The translations under genes were made by a program, and so were the position numbers. A stretch of DNA of 63,838 nt, filler included, from Olpidium bornovanus S191 (Eukaryota; Fungi; Olpidiomycota): the NCBI GenBank assembly GCA_017911155.1. It is 33 parts of 33 records of this genome, joined end to end, with 100 filler letters (N's around TTAATTAATTAA, not from the genome) between each part and the next. Parts side by side here need not be neighbours in the genome. Positions count along the whole stretch, not along the records: positions 1 to 2,237 come from JAEFCI010011823.1; positions 2,338 to 3,835 come from JAEFCI010003701.1; positions 3,936 to 5,391 come from JAEFCI010006893.1; positions 5,492 to 6,770 come from JAEFCI010012458.1; positions 6,871 to 10,787 come from JAEFCI010008476.1; positions 10,888 to 12,613 come from JAEFCI010010323.1; 27 more parts are not named here. The stretch is one strand, 5' to 3'. Below, piece after piece: positions 1-12,524 of this stretch (position 1 is its first letter; every line of letters starts with the position of its first letter). The notes beneath the pieces are model-generated. The model made no database searches, was not told the origin of the DNA, and was given only the letters and a program-made list of their open reading frames with translations.

Positions 1-935
1 CATGAAAGACTTCCGGAGTCGCGTACGAGACCGGAGGGTACGCTGCTTCCTTCTTGAAAACTTTTGTGAAAGTCTGGAACGCCGGATAGACGGCTTGGAT
101 GCGCTCCGCGAGTGCATCAGGTTGCGCCGGAGTGGGCCTCGGTCCTCCGAGTTTTCCAACGTAGACTCGCTGCTTCGGTAGGTCACCGTTCTTTTTTTTT
201 CCCCTGCAAATCCTTCGAATCCTGCACCGGACGGGCTTCGTTTGCTCGACTTGGCAAATCTGATTCCTCCGGGTCCCCGCCAGCAATGGCTGTGAAACGA
301 GTTTGTCGGTACGTGCGGCTTGCGTAGGCTAGCGTGGTCCGCAAGGCAAGTGGCTTACCTTTGGAGTTTGAGCAGGCCGAAATGCGGAAATTGTGCGCTC
401 GTCTGCGGGAAGGAGATGATGGAGAACAGGAAAGCAGGCATGTTGTGCCGTATTACGCCTTTGATGCTCGATACCTATCCCGTTAAGCTCGTATTTACTG
501 TTCGTTCTTCCGACAGCGACGGAGGCAACCCGACGCACAATGCCATGCAGGTGAGTTCGTATCTGTCAATGCACATTCGGCGTCGCTGAGGCTGGATTCA
601 CAAGCGCAGTCAACAGGCCATACTGGACACCAACCACATAACTACTGTCCTGCGCACGCTGTCGGCTATCGTCAGATTGGAGGCGAAGCAGATGTCGGCG
701 GCTGCGCGCGTGGAAGTTGCCGACCGCTCCAAAAGGTTTTTTCTGAATTTCCAGCACGCGTTCTTATGCCCGTGCGGCTGACTTCGTTGGTTCGCCGATT
801 ATCACCTCTGGTTTTAGAATCGGACTTGAGCACGCTGCTGTCGCTAGCCTACTTCAGGTCCGCCATTTGACCATTATACGCTCGGGAGCTCCGCGATCGT
901 GCGTCACATTTTCCGGCTGACAGCTTGCTTAGGGA

Positions 936-1616
936 TTGCGGAAGCGCCACACTGCACGGTCATTCGAAATCCAGCAACTTCGAATGGAAGCTGCGAAGGC
1001 GAGAAAGGAGGCTGAGGAATTGCTGAATGCCCAAAACAGCGAGTCAGTCAGGCTTATCGTCGCAAGCACCGCGAGACTCAGAGCAGCGGAGGCGACTAAT
1101 AGTGCGATTAGAGACGAGTTAAGGCGAAGAGAAGAGGAACTCTTGGACGCGGGCACTAGTGACAAACAGTTGAGAGATGCGGAGGAGAGCGCATCTCAGA
1201 AGCAGGAAGTGTTGGTGCGTGCTCCGTGGTCAAAGTTGGAAGGACGGTTTTCTTTGCTTGACGCGCACAAGTGTTCTTTCATCCAGATTAGGAAGCAGCA
1301 ACTACTGCACGATCTGGTTGGTGAGATTGCTGCCCTGTCGACCGTGACAACCGCCAGAGTCGACCGGATGCGGGAGTACGTCTCGGAGCACTTCCTGCCT
1401 CATCGGCAGGAGTTTCGGTCGCGCGTGCAGAAACGAGAACACCATTCGTCAGATTTGTTGCGGAAAACGGCCTCGCCCGGAAAACGGATGATCGGCGAAG
1501 GAAGCAGTAAGAAAGCCGGGGTCAAGGAATGCAAACGACAACAGTCGGAGAAATCGGGAGTCGCGATGGAGCTCGCGGCGCTCGGGGGTGCATTGAACAA
1601 TGGCGTCCATATGTAG
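936..1616 (+). CDS. Hypothetical coiled-coil protein (probably part of a multi-exon gene)
   Basis: 226-aa ORF with E/K/R/A/L-rich heptad-like segments (IQQLRMEAAKARKEAEELLNAQ; IRDELRRREEELL). An upstream helical exon-like segment (2-120, MKDFRSRVRD...LRECIR) is followed by GT. No family recognised. Confidence 0.4.
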   Translation: MRKRHTARSFEIQQLRMEAAKARKEAEELLNAQNSESVRLIVASTARLRAAEATNSAIRDELRRREEELLDAGTSDKQLRDAEESASQKQEVLVRAPWSKLEGRFSLLDAHKCSFIQIRKQQLLHDLVGEIAALSTVTTARVDRMREYVSEHFLPHRQEFRSRVQKREHHSSDLLRKTASPGKRMIGEGSSKKAGVKECKRQQSEKSGVAMELAALGGALNNGVHM

Positions 1617-2237
1617 GTGGCGCGCTTGGACGAGTCATTTCGATATTGCCAAATGGTGACGCGAAACTTCGCGGGTTGTTGCTCTCCTCCATCAGGGACA
1701 AAGTTCAACCTTCACCTCAATTGTGCTCGCTACCTTGGGCTGCACCGTTCATGGTAGGTGCATAACTCGACGGAAATAATGCTGCCAAATCGACGGTTTG
1801 CCGTGATTGACTTGCGTTGCTTAGACACCAAACAGAATTCTGGAGGTGGTCGGGTATTTGCTTGTTTCTGGTTTGTGAAGCTTTCTTGTTTTTGTCTTTT
1901 CCGGATATATTGGCATTGTGTGCTATATGCCGCCTGGTGACGCAGTTGCTCTTGTGGTACAACAGCGTGGCGGAACGTTGAGGCAGGATGGGAAGCCGAG
2001 TCCTCAAGGAAGCAACAGCTCGTACGGGTGGAAAAATCCAGTATGACATTTTCGTCGTAAATGGATTGAGTCCAAGCGGCGGCTCGCGAGCGGAGTGCTA
2101 AACGCAATCCTCATAGGGAAGGAGGGCCATCGGATGCTCCGCGAGATGTCGAAAAAGGCCACTTCCCCCTCAGCCGTACCGCTGTCTCGAAGCTACAGCG
2201 ACAAGGGTGTTGCTGCCATTGCAATATCCTTTGCATG

Positions 2238-2337
2238 NNNNNNNNNNNNNNNNNNNNNNNNNNNNNNNNNNNNNNNNNNNNTTAATTAATTAANNNNNNN
2301 NNNNNNNNNNNNNNNNNNNNNNNNNNNNNNNNNNNNN
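2238..2337. other. Artificial contig spacer (44 N + TTAATTAATTAA + 44 N); first of 32 identical spacers in the window
   Basis: The same 100-nt structure starts at 2238, 3836, 5392, 6771, 10788, 12614, 13857, 16910, 18022, 19855, 22267, 23664, 25086, 26190, 28277, 32296, 33675, 36085, 37194, 39765, 40997, 43170, 45933, 47854, 49654, 50998, 52233, 55162, 57055, 58828, 59987 and 62691. The 12-mer puts stop codons in all six frames, and genes are cut off at the spacers. Confidence 0.98.
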
Positions 2338-2862
2338 AGACTTAGTCTTTTCCTGACAATTGCCATCCCAATCGCGCTGAAAGCGCATAACAATAAAAGA
2401 TTTCGTTGCATTAAGGGAGCAAAGCTCACCGACGCGTAGCAACACCGAGATAGGCATGTCTTAAGAACACTTATTTTGGGATATGATGTGACTTTTGGCA
2501 ATGACTAGTTTTCGGGTGAGTGTCAGGGGGTGACCTCGGCGCTGTTTCTGAGTGGAGCTCGCCGAGGTGTGGAAAATTTGGAGGCGGAGCAGGGGCAGTC
2601 ACGTGACCATCCTCTGAAGTACGGAGCCGCCCCCCGTTTATTCGCAGAACCCGACCGTCCGCGGGATTAACAGAAAGTTCGGAGGAAAAGAGGAAAGGCC
2701 TCTGGGAAAAAACCATCGAAGGGACAAACCTCACGCCTGAGGTGAAACGAGGAGGAGGAGGAACGCACAAGACACGAAGCTTGAGCAGACCTCACCCACG
2801 TCGAGGGTGGCTGGCCGCACGCTTTCCCTCCCGCCGGGCCTTGAAAGGTGTTCATCTCGAAC

Positions 2863-3637
2863 ATGGCGGGCGAAGTGGACGTCAACGCCATGGATGCAAA
2901 TGTAGACCTGTCGCTACAAGCAGCGGTGAAGGACTCGCCAAGTTTTAGGGCGTCGGTGGCCATGTTGGAGGACGACATAGACACGCTGGAGCGATGGGTG
3001 GATCAACTCTGCAAGGCTATCCGACTGTACATCGAAGACTTATCCAGTTGCGTGCGGCGGTTGAAATTACTTGTGGCCTTGGTGACGGCAAAAAAAAACA
3101 AAAGAAAGAAAAAAAAGACGTGTTTTAGACTCAGGCGCCTCGTTTGAACGGTTACAGAGGTTAACGATGAGAGCGTCGCGCTGGCAAAAAAGTCAGTACC
3201 GAGCCTCGGCGAGGGTTTCCTAGGTATTTTGCACGCTGGAAACGCACACGGTTACTTGCGGGTCAACCGCCGTTAGGGATCGGCTCACAGCAACCTAATC
3301 TTGCAGACCCCGACATGCCAATGCAAGCCCTGCACATTTTTGCAGACTCTCTGCAGGCGACACACGCGTTTAATGCCAAGCTGGTGTCCGATCTGGAAGG
3401 CAACTTGCTCCAGCCGCTGACAAACCTGCTGCGCGACGACTTCCGCGAGTTGAAGGAGGCCAGGAGAGCAAACGAAAAGGGGCAGGACAAGTACGAGTCC
3501 GGCCTGGCGCGGTATGCCGCCAGTCACAAAGCTAAGGAGGCCAGCGCGCTGAGGGAAGACGCCTTTCAGCTTTATGAAGTGCGCAAGGCGTACGTCAGGA
3601 CGTCTCTGGATTACACCGTCAAAATATTGAAATTCCG
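2863..3637 (+). CDS. SIP3: Sip3/Lam1-like BAR-domain protein, 5' fragment (3 exons)
   Basis: LSLQAAVKDSPSFRASVAMLEDDIDTLERWVDQLCKA and KEASALREDAFQLYEVRKAYVRTSLDYTV match the N-terminal APPL-type BAR domain of fungal Sip3/Ysp1 proteins. GT donor after LKFR; contig ends at 3835. Confidence 0.72.
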
Positions 3638-3935
3638 GTAAGGACCACCTGGCAGAAGGCTGGAATGCGTGACAGGTGATCTCAACATGAACGTGACGAC
3701 CCCTCCGCGTCGAAAAGGGAAAGCTTTGAGCATTTGCTGGTTGAGCAGGTCAGTGTTGCATCACGTGTTGGACGCCCCTTGTGTGATTGACGGAGAGGCA
3801 CGCGCTTCACACTGTTTTTGCAGTTTTTGGCCATGNNNNNNNNNNNNNNNNNNNNNNNNNNNNNNNNNNNNNNNNNNNNTTAATTAATTAANNNNNNNNN
3901 NNNNNNNNNNNNNNNNNNNNNNNNNNNNNNNNNNN

Positions 3936-4048
<113 letters not shown>

Positions 4049-4273
4049 AAAAAGAAGAAAAAAAAAGTCCCGTCACGGAACCGCAACTTTACAAGCTACG
4101 ATTAGGCAGGGTCGACGCAAACTTGGCTGCAAAGAGAACAAAAAAAAAACACAATACGACCCCGGGAGGGAGGGGGGGGGGGGGGATCTTGCGGGCAAAC
4201 GGTGTGGATTGGGAGAACGGGAAAAGGCATTTTGGTCCCGGATCTCTCTCTCTCTCTCTTTCTTTTTCGCCGC

Positions 4274-4304
<31 letters not shown>

Positions 4305-5591
4305 TTGGGACGTCGGGTGTGCGTCCGGGCAGTTCGGGTGGACACAACCGCACCCTTCGGGGGGATACGGTGGCATGCTGCCAAATGTCGGCGCAAGTCG
4401 CTGCAGCGCGCAAACCCCGAGAGGAAGAACCTCAACAGGACTCGGACACCCGTCGTGCAGCCGTAACGCTGCCAGCAATCGGCCGTCGTCGGCCGCCAAC
4501 GCACCCCCCCCCCTGCCCCGTCGGCTGCCGTCAAATTCTCGTCAACGCCCGGCGCGTCGCGTTTTGGGCCCTCTTCTCGCTCCGCGCCCGAGAAACCCCA
4601 CAGAACTGGGCGCGGTTAGACCCTCGGGCTGTGTGTCGATCCCAGGCTGCCGATGACGTACAATGCCCAGAGACCGGGGGAGCCGCTCCGGGTGGTAAAA
4701 TGGGTGAGGGTGTTGGCAGCCACGCAAACATCACGGAGCTGGGTTGCTGGGGACGACCCCGTTTGGACAGACTGGCGTAGGGGCGGGAGGGGGTGATGGG
4801 CACAGTGATACGTACGAATTACGTTGGGAACCACAAAAAACCAGCTCTGCTTGTGCGTCAAACGTTTTCCGGTTTTTTTTTTTTTGTATGTATGCGGGTG
4901 GCTCGAAAGTGCACCACTTGGGTGCAGCATTAAAAAAATGATGCAAACTCAAATCGTGCAGAACGAAAACAGCCTCTGCAAGTTCACGTAGCCTCGAGCA
5001 TTCAGGTTGGCGTAGTTCCTGACGGCGGCGTGAAGCGGTGCGAAATCCCCACGCCTGGTGTCGGCGATACCTCGAACTACGTCTGGGACCAGCCGGGGGC
5101 GCGTCAGATGTCTTGAAAAAATCTCGAACGGCTTCAAGACAAAGCAACAGCGCCAACTTTTGTCGTTAGCCCCTTACCCGCCTCCGCCGTTCCTTCCGCT
5201 TTGCTTTTCGCCCGGTCTACGTCGAACAGGCTCTCGTAGTACCGCAGTTGCGTGTACAGAGCGCCGCCCGAATACTGCATATAATTGGGTTGGGAGACGT
5301 GCCGCATTTTGCGCGAACCGGACAGCAGTCAAAAACGACAACAGTCAAAAACGAGACCTCTTGCCCGTCGCCAGAGGCACGCGCTTTCAAANNNNNNNNN
5401 NNNNNNNNNNNNNNNNNNNNNNNNNNNNNNNNNNNTTAATTAATTAANNNNNNNNNNNNNNNNNNNNNNNNNNNNNNNNNNNNNNNNNNNNAAAAAAAAA
5501 AAAAAAGGGAAAAAAAAAAGGAAAAACACTTCTCCTCCTCGCGCAACGAAACCGGCCCTTGTACCCAACAGCCCGAGGGAGGGGAAGAGCC

Positions 5592-6770
5592 ATGGGCGTC
5601 TTCAAGCAGCAGGAGCGGAGGCAGCGCCGCCTCAGGGCCAGGGACGGCGCAAGAGAGGCCGCAGGAGACGCGGGCCGGTCTGCCGCCGCTGCCCGTGACG
5701 CGACCACCGTCAGCGCAAAGGACGCGGCGCCCGTTGCCGCAAAGGCAAAGTGCGCGCCTGCGCCGGCGGACAAGAGCAGGAGACCCGCCCGCGCAGGAGC
5801 TGCTGCCGCCGCTAACGCCGGCGCGCCGGCGGCAAAGGAGCACGCTGGCGGTCGGAAGCGCGCCGCCGAAGGAGCGCCGGGCGGCGGCGAGAGCGGCCGC
5901 GCCGGAAAGTTGAAGAAGGTGGAGGCCACCGAAAGCAAGAGGGCGACGGCGCCCGCCGCCGCCGCCGACAAGGTCGCGGAAAAGCCCAAGCACAAGCAGA
6001 AGGTGCTCCTGCTGGGTTCCAGGGGAATCAGCCTTCGTCACCAAGAGCTCATAAAGGACCTGGAGGCTCTCCTTCCCCATTCAAAGAAAGGTTTGCATTC
6101 ATTTCGCGGGCTCACGTTTGACCAGAACTTCGCCGCCCTACTTTCCCACCTAGCGCCGTTCTCTAATTTCGTATTTTCATGTCTCGCAGACTCGAAACTG
6201 GACACCAAGTCCAACCTCAAGCTCATTAACGAGCTTGCTGAGCTCAACAACTGCAACGGCTCCATGTTTTTCGAGGCACGGAGGCGGGAGGATTTGTACC
6301 TGTGGTTGGCCAAAACGCCGAACGGCCCGAGTTTTAAATTCCAGGTTCAAGACGGTATGCGCCCGAAACCTTTATATGGAAAAGAATCGAGCGACAGCTT
6401 TTTTCGGGTTATGGTGCTACATAGTTACTTTTTCCTCTCGTACAGTCCACACAATAAACGAGCTAAGAATGATCGGCAACTGCCTCAAGGGGACCCGCCA
6501 TATCCTGTCGTTCGATAAGACCTTCGACGGAGAACCACATCTCCTGTTGATGAAGCGGGTGTTCACGCAGGTACGCCAGCAGTCAGGGAACACACGTACA
6601 CCGAATTATATCGCGACGAAGGCAATGGTGGGGGGGGGATAATGGTACAACGTTTCTAACAAGCCGGTCGCTGCCCATACGCCGCAAGTTGTTCGCCGTC
6701 CCACGGACCTCTCGGAGGTTGAAACCCTTCATCGACCACATCATTTCCTTCACCGTCGCCGACCGGCGGG
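5592..6770 (+). CDS. BRX1: Ribosome biogenesis protein Brx1 (Brix domain), 3'-truncated, 4 exons
   Basis: Spliced: KQKVLLLGSRGISLRHQELIKDLEALLPHSKK/DSKLDTK...NELAELNNCNGSMFFEARRREDLYLWLAKTPNGPSFKF.../VHTINELRMIGNCLKGTRHILSFD.../LFAVPRTSRRLKPFIDHIISF. Introns about 6091-6189, 6355-6444 and 6571-6688. Confidence 0.95.
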
Positions 6771-7414
6771 NNNNNNNNNNNNNNNNNNNNNNNNNNNNNN
6801 NNNNNNNNNNNNNNTTAATTAATTAANNNNNNNNNNNNNNNNNNNNNNNNNNNNNNNNNNNNNNNNNNNNCATGTAAAAGACGTCACAGGCTATTTTGAA
6901 AAGTTTGGCCTGTATTTATAGCCTGTTGACCGACAGCAGCAGAGAAACGGACAACAATTTTATTAACGATTCATCCTGTGCCCAAGCAACGTGTTCTGGT
7001 TGTCGTGGAAGGCTTGAAGCCAACGGCTGTCTGGGGGACGCTCAGCGGAATTTTTTCTGGAGGGTGAAAACAGGATTGACAACGGCTTGATTTCGATGAA
7101 CGGATGCTAAGCGAGAAGACCACGGGGCCCCACGAGATTCCGCGCCTTTATAAGAACTTCAATGAATTTCTTGCAGTCGTTTCTCTGTAGTCATAGCGCC
7201 AGGATACGTGTGTGTTGACGGGGCCGGTGGCCGGCCTCTCCGACTCCTGGTCACATGACCCGCCGGACGGGACACAACAGCCGGTGTGTGTGTGCCCCCT
7301 TTGAAAACTCCCGCATGGGACTCCCACACGTGCGGTGTTTTCACACACACACGGGGCCCTTATGCGCCGGGCCACACAAGCCCGGCCGTCCCGCACACTG
7401 GGACGGACCCACTT

Positions 7415-7476
7415 GGAGAACACACACGTGGGGAGAACACACACGCGGAGAACACACGCGCGGAGAACACACACCC
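7415..7476. repeat. 4 x 15-bp tandem repeat GGAGAACACACACGY
   Basis: Units read directly at 7415, 7432, 7447 and 7462. Confidence 0.85.
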
Positions 7477-7747
7477 GGGCATCCACGCCTGCGCACACAA
7501 GTCTGCCTCCGTGCCCGCACATAAATAGAGCCGTTGAACGGCGTAACCTTAGGCCCCCAGAACCCTGAATCCAGACCTTGTACACAGGAAGAACCTTGAG
7601 CTAAACGTAGTCTTCCAGAATATTGACACCAAACCACGCTTCCGCGTTTGTCAATAAAGACTTCGTTACATTGTCCACATAGCAATTGCTTTTTCTTTTT
7701 CGTTGTTTATTGTTTGGGGCTGAGCGCGTTTATTTTCGGCAGGAGCG

Positions 7748-7960
7748 CCTCTCTCTCTCGCGGCGCGGTCTGTCTCTGCGGCGCGCTCTCTCTTTCCGCG
7801 CGCTTTCTCTCCGCCGCCACTCTCCGCCGCGTTGTCTCTCCGCCGCGCGGTACGCCGGAACGCCGCGCTCTCTCCCCGCCGCGCGCTCTCTCCGTCGCGC
7901 GTTTTTCGACGGCCCGGGCGGGAGCGCCTCTCTCTCCGCAACTCGAACGGAAGCGCTTCT
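7748..7960. repeat. Degenerate pyrimidine-rich repeat tract (CTCTCCGCCGCGCG-like units)
   Basis: About 10 imperfect CTCT(C)CCGCCGC(GCG) units read directly. Confidence 0.6.
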
Positions 7961-8923
7961 CTCGGCTGGGTTTCTCAAATGCGGGTGGCGGGAGGACGGC
8001 GCTCTGGCGTTTCAGGGACAAGGCGGCGTTGGGCTGGGGTCAGCACAAGGCGCTGTTGGGCTGGCACCCTGTTTCTCTTTTGGTTGTTTATTTTTGTTTT
8101 CGGGTTTTGGGAGAGATACGGGGAAGCTATTTTTGGGGGCTGAGCTCGCAATATCGCAAAGTAAGGGAAATGTGCAACAGTAGTATACAGTACCTCTCCG
8201 AATTATAACCTCTGCTGAGTTAGAGTCGGGGCCCTCCACCGGTCCTATAACTTAGCAGAGATACCACAGTATAGCGCGCTCAAAAGTGCCGACTGGACTT
8301 TTGATGGATTCTCGTGGCTAATAGAAAAAAATTACCCGCGCCCCGGTATCGATTCAGAACAAACATTCCCTTCGACCGGCCGGCCCATATCTCAACCTCC
8401 CGGCGACCAGTCGGCAGGACGAGAGAGGCGCACCGCACCTCATCAATGGCCCGTTCAACAACGGGATTGTCTGCCAAATCAGCAAGGCTTAAAGCCAGAC
8501 GTGCTGCACAGTTGCGTGAAGGTAGTTCGGCGCCAGGCCGCGACGGCCCGCGAAAATCAATTTTGGAATGCGCCAGCGAAGAGTCGCGAATTCGGCGGGC
8601 GGCGCAGCGCGTTTCATTTCGATTTTGCTCCTTTTTCGGGGCCGCGGCCGGGGATGGGAGGGGGAAATAATGCGCATAGGCGTTGCGTGGGCCCGGCCCC
8701 CCACGTCCCCATTTACACCGTATATCTCCCGATATGCGGGAACAGAAAAACGGGAGCCGTCGGACGACAATCAGGCTCCGCTCCACCGTCTTATCCCCCT
8801 CCCCGCCCCGCTCAACCCCCCACCCCAGGCCCTCTGCTTTCTCCGCCGCGTCCTCTGTTGTTTCCCCGTGTCCTCCGCTCTCCCCCGTCCCTTTCCCACC
8901 CCGCACGCTCCCCCGACACCGCC

Positions 8924-9289
8924 ATGGCGAGGGCGGCGCGGGCGGCGCGGAGAGTCGCGACCGCTGCTGTCCTCGTCGTCGTCCTCGTCGTCGCCCTCGT
9001 AAGGCAAACCAAGCGGGGGTTTGACCCGTGAGTCAAATATCAACTGCCAATGCATTCCCATCTGCGCCGTTTTCGTTTAACAAAGAACGTGGACGCTGAT
9101 CGGCTGCATGTTTGCCTCGTTCCTGTTTGCACCAGGGGTTCCGTCGTGGAGTACTTCGACATTGTGCCGACGGACCTCACTTCACCCCACGGCGAAATCT
9201 GGCCGAATTCGCCGCTAACTCGCCACAAGCTGAATAATATCCCTGAGGAGACCGAGGAAGACCTACTGCTCGCATCGGAGGTAACTTGA
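8924..9289 (+). CDS. Putative small single-pass membrane protein (about 85 aa, 2-3 exons)
   Basis: GCC-ATG start; basic N-terminus then hydrophobic VATAAVLVVVLVVALV. The GTGAGT donor at 9028 and CAG acceptor at 9135 join in frame to give ...GFDPGSVVEYFDIVPTDL...EETEEDLLLASE. No family recognised. Confidence 0.4.
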
Positions 9290-10907
9290 AACAGCGAGAC
9301 TCTCCCGCGGTTCGACCTTGCAGGAATGACGTTGACATACTTCGGTTTTCAGCTCGCCAACGACGACATTTTGCGCAGTTAGTCGCTGGTGGGCTTCCAG
9401 ACTTCCGCCAGCATTTTCCAGTTCGGCGGAGGCCGGGTGCGGGCAGTAGTGGATCTCAGTCGCTGCTCCCTCGTCGTCTGCTCTGCCGACTGCGAGGACG
9501 GCATCGCTGGCGTAAGTTGCGCATTTGCGCGTTTGTCACCGGATACGAGATTTGGCCGCCTTCTCACTATTTGATTACTCCTGCAGTCTACAATAAGCAG
9601 CGATGCCGCCACTCACCTGGGCCGCGACCCGGGCGCCACCGCAAACGCAATTCTGCAGGCAGCGGGGGACGCGTAACGTATGTCCCTCGTCTCATATTCT
9701 CATTGATTGTTAATCTAAAACAGCCTGTTTTTGGTCCGGCAAAACAATGCAATTTCTTCGCTTTCCTTCTCCAGAAATTGCGACGGCTCACTCGCGTCTA
9801 TAATTTTCCAGCGTTTACCCGGGATTTTCCGAATTTTGGAATCCGAAAATCCCGCAGAGCTGGCGGCGGAAAATCGGCGCGCCGCCTTTTCTGCCGTGTA
9901 TTCAATACATTACCTGCCGACAAACGTTAGTTGCAATACCGCTTGGTATACCGGAAACTCTCTCCTTGTGACTTTTTGTTTTTCGGCCATCTTCAGTCGC
10001 TCACTCTTTTTCGAAAAAAAGAAACTTCCAGGTTTGAGAGCGATTTCGTAACTGTACCGCAGACTTTGCGCTGCCAAAAACGCTGCCCGAATTTCATCCG
10101 AATTATAGGCCGGAATATAACTCAAGCAGCATTTTTATTATCTTTTTATTTTATTATTTCTTATTATTTATTACTTACTACTTTTTATGATTCTTTCTAT
10201 TATTTTTTATTTTTCTAATAATTTTAATGATTTATTATTCAAACACAGGATTACGAAACGGCTGATCCCGGACGACCGGGTACGTAGGCAGCCGAAGCTT
10301 CTCGAAAGGGAGGTCCGAGGTTCTCACCGACCCCCTCCCCCCAAATGCGTCGAAACGTTGATGGCCTCATCCCAGGCCGCCGCCTTTCCGTTATCTTTGT
10401 TTTGTGCGCCTTGTCTTTTATTTTCTCCCGTCGTTGTACATCCAGGCATACACGCAGGCAAGCTTGTCTTGTTGTACATCTAGGCGCACACGCACGCGCG
10501 CACGCACGCACGCGGCCGCCGTTTCTTCTATATCGTGCGTTCACGCGGCCGTGTTATCCGGCCAAATGTTGCTCTGCGCTCGGGTTTGCGCACAAGAAAC
10601 GTTAACCTTACAGGCCCCGTTTAGCCCGGCCTTCCCCGTTTGCATCGTCGTCGTTTTGACCGTTTCCGCAAGTTGACGGATAAGTTTGCGATGCAGCCGA
10701 ACAAGAAGACGCGATAAGGTCCGCTGTTTTTTCGCCAACGTGCGGCCTTTAACAGGATACTGTTATATGTTCGCAATCGACTACATGNNNNNNNNNNNNN
10801 NNNNNNNNNNNNNNNNNNNNNNNNNNNNNNNTTAATTAATTAANNNNNNNNNNNNNNNNNNNNNNNNNNNNNNNNNNNNNNNNNNNNAAAAAAAAGAAAA
10901 AAAGGGG

Positions 10908-10947
<40 letters not shown>

Positions 10948-11084
10948 AGCGCGGCCCGGCGAGTTTCTCCGTTGCAGAAAAAAGAAAACGAGGAGGGAGA
11001 GGCCCGCGCCGCTGCTGTCGCCGGAACCTTCCCCTCTGGGATCCCCCCGCGAACAAAAAAAAAAAAGAAAACGAAACGGCAGGA

Positions 11085-12524
11085 ATGGCAGAGCGCGGAG
11101 CGGACGAGGGCGGCGGCGGCGGCGGCGCGGCTCGCTGGCTGGCGCTCGAAAGCAACCCAGAGGTGCGGCCGGGAAAGTAAAAAAAGAAGAAAAGTAAAGG
11201 GGCGGGCCAAGCCGAGAAAGCCTCTTCTCTACCCGCCTGGTCGTCCCGCGCACTCGGCCGGCGCCGCGTACTGATCGCAGCGCGTCCCCCGAGAAAAGGT
11301 CATGAACCAATTCGCGCACAGCCTGGGGGTTACCAAGGAGTACGCGTTCTGCGACGTGTACGGTCTGGACCCGGACCTGCTGCAAATGGTCCCGCAGCCC
11401 TGCAAAGCCGTGCTGTTCCTCTTCCCGATCACGGAGAAGGTGGGCTCGCGCCTCGTGGAGCGAACGCGTCGGCTGTTGCTGCGAACCCGACATGTTCCAA
11501 TTACCCCCTTCCCCACAAACGCCCGCGCTTGCCGCGTGTATATTTCTGTTTTCTGTTGTTGTTCAGTACGAGAACCACCGCAGACAGGAGGAGGAGCGCA
11601 TAAGGTGCCAGGGCCAGGTCGTCAGTGACAAGGTGTTCTTCATCCGGCAACACATCGCCAACGCGTGCGGGTAAGCTCGTCAGAAATGTGCTCAAGGCTG
11701 CCCAGTCCGTGCGATTCGCGCAGACTTTCGATGACGGCCGCCAATCTGCCCTACCGCCGCGTCGCCCTCCAGAACCTTCGGAATCCTCCACGCCCTAGGC
11801 AACAACGTGGAGAGCCTCCTGCAAAGCGACAGCCCTATTGCAAACTTTTTCGAGCGGGCAAGGCCGATGGACGCCGAAGAGCGTTGCAAAGCCTTGGAAA
11901 ACGACAACCTCCTTGCCAAGGCTCATGAAGAATCCGCGCAGGGCGGTCAGACCGAGGTTCGGTGACCGCGGAAGACGTTTCATTTAGGCTGCACGTTCAC
12001 CCGCCCGTCAACGGCTGACTCGCGGTTTTCGGCTCCTGATGCACAACCAAGACCCCCAACCTCGACGCGAAGGTACGGGTTTGCTTGATTTTCCGCAGCC
12101 TGACGCATGATCACGTAACATCTGACCTGCGGAGGGCATATCAACAAAGGTGGACCTCCATTTCATTTGCTTTGTCGAGAAGGTGACGTCGAGCGTTTCG
12201 CGAGGTGTACCGTAACTGGTGCTTGATTTGTCGGGACTGAAGGGGGTCGACTTTGCGCAGGAGGGATGTTTGTACGAGCTGGACGGCAGAAAACCTTTTC
12301 CGATTAACCACGGTCCTATCGAGGATAACCTGCTCTCGGTTAGTTAACTGAAGAAAGATGGGAAGGAGTTGGGGGGGGGTTAACTGAAGAAGCTCATGGT
12401 CTCGCGTTGAAACCCTGATTATTTTTTTTAGAGGGCTGCCGCAGTCATCAAGGAATTCATTTCACGAGAAAACGACGTGGAGACGTTCAACGTCATTGCC
12501 TTGGCGCCAAATACGGGAGTTTGA
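11085..12524 (+). CDS. YUH1: Ubiquitin C-terminal hydrolase, peptidase C12 (UCH-L3/Yuh1), complete, 8 exons
   Basis: RWLALESNPE/VMNQF...VYGLDPDLLQMVPQPCKAVLFLFP; catalytic Q and C in FFIRQHIANACG, H in VDLHFICF, D in LYELDGRKPFPINHG. Ends FNVIALAPNTGV*. Micro-exons at 12052-12072 (21 nt) and 12150-12182 (33 nt). Confidence 0.95.

Noticed and set aside
214-222. TTCGAATCC tRNA T-loop-like motif
   Set aside because: No pairing T-stem, acceptor stem or D-arm around it.
9715-10125. Minus-strand frame open except for one TAA (possible read-through or pseudogene)
   Set aside because: No recognisable homology on either side of the stop. Other genes here use standard stops, so there is no case for recoding.
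10259-10314. Nested hairpins (CGGCTG/CAGCCG, CCCGG/CCGGG, GAAA tetraloop stem) suggesting a ribozyme or ncRNA
   Set aside because: No catalytic-core consensus I recognise. Short GC stems are common at this composition, and the segment overlaps plausible AG/GT splice signals.
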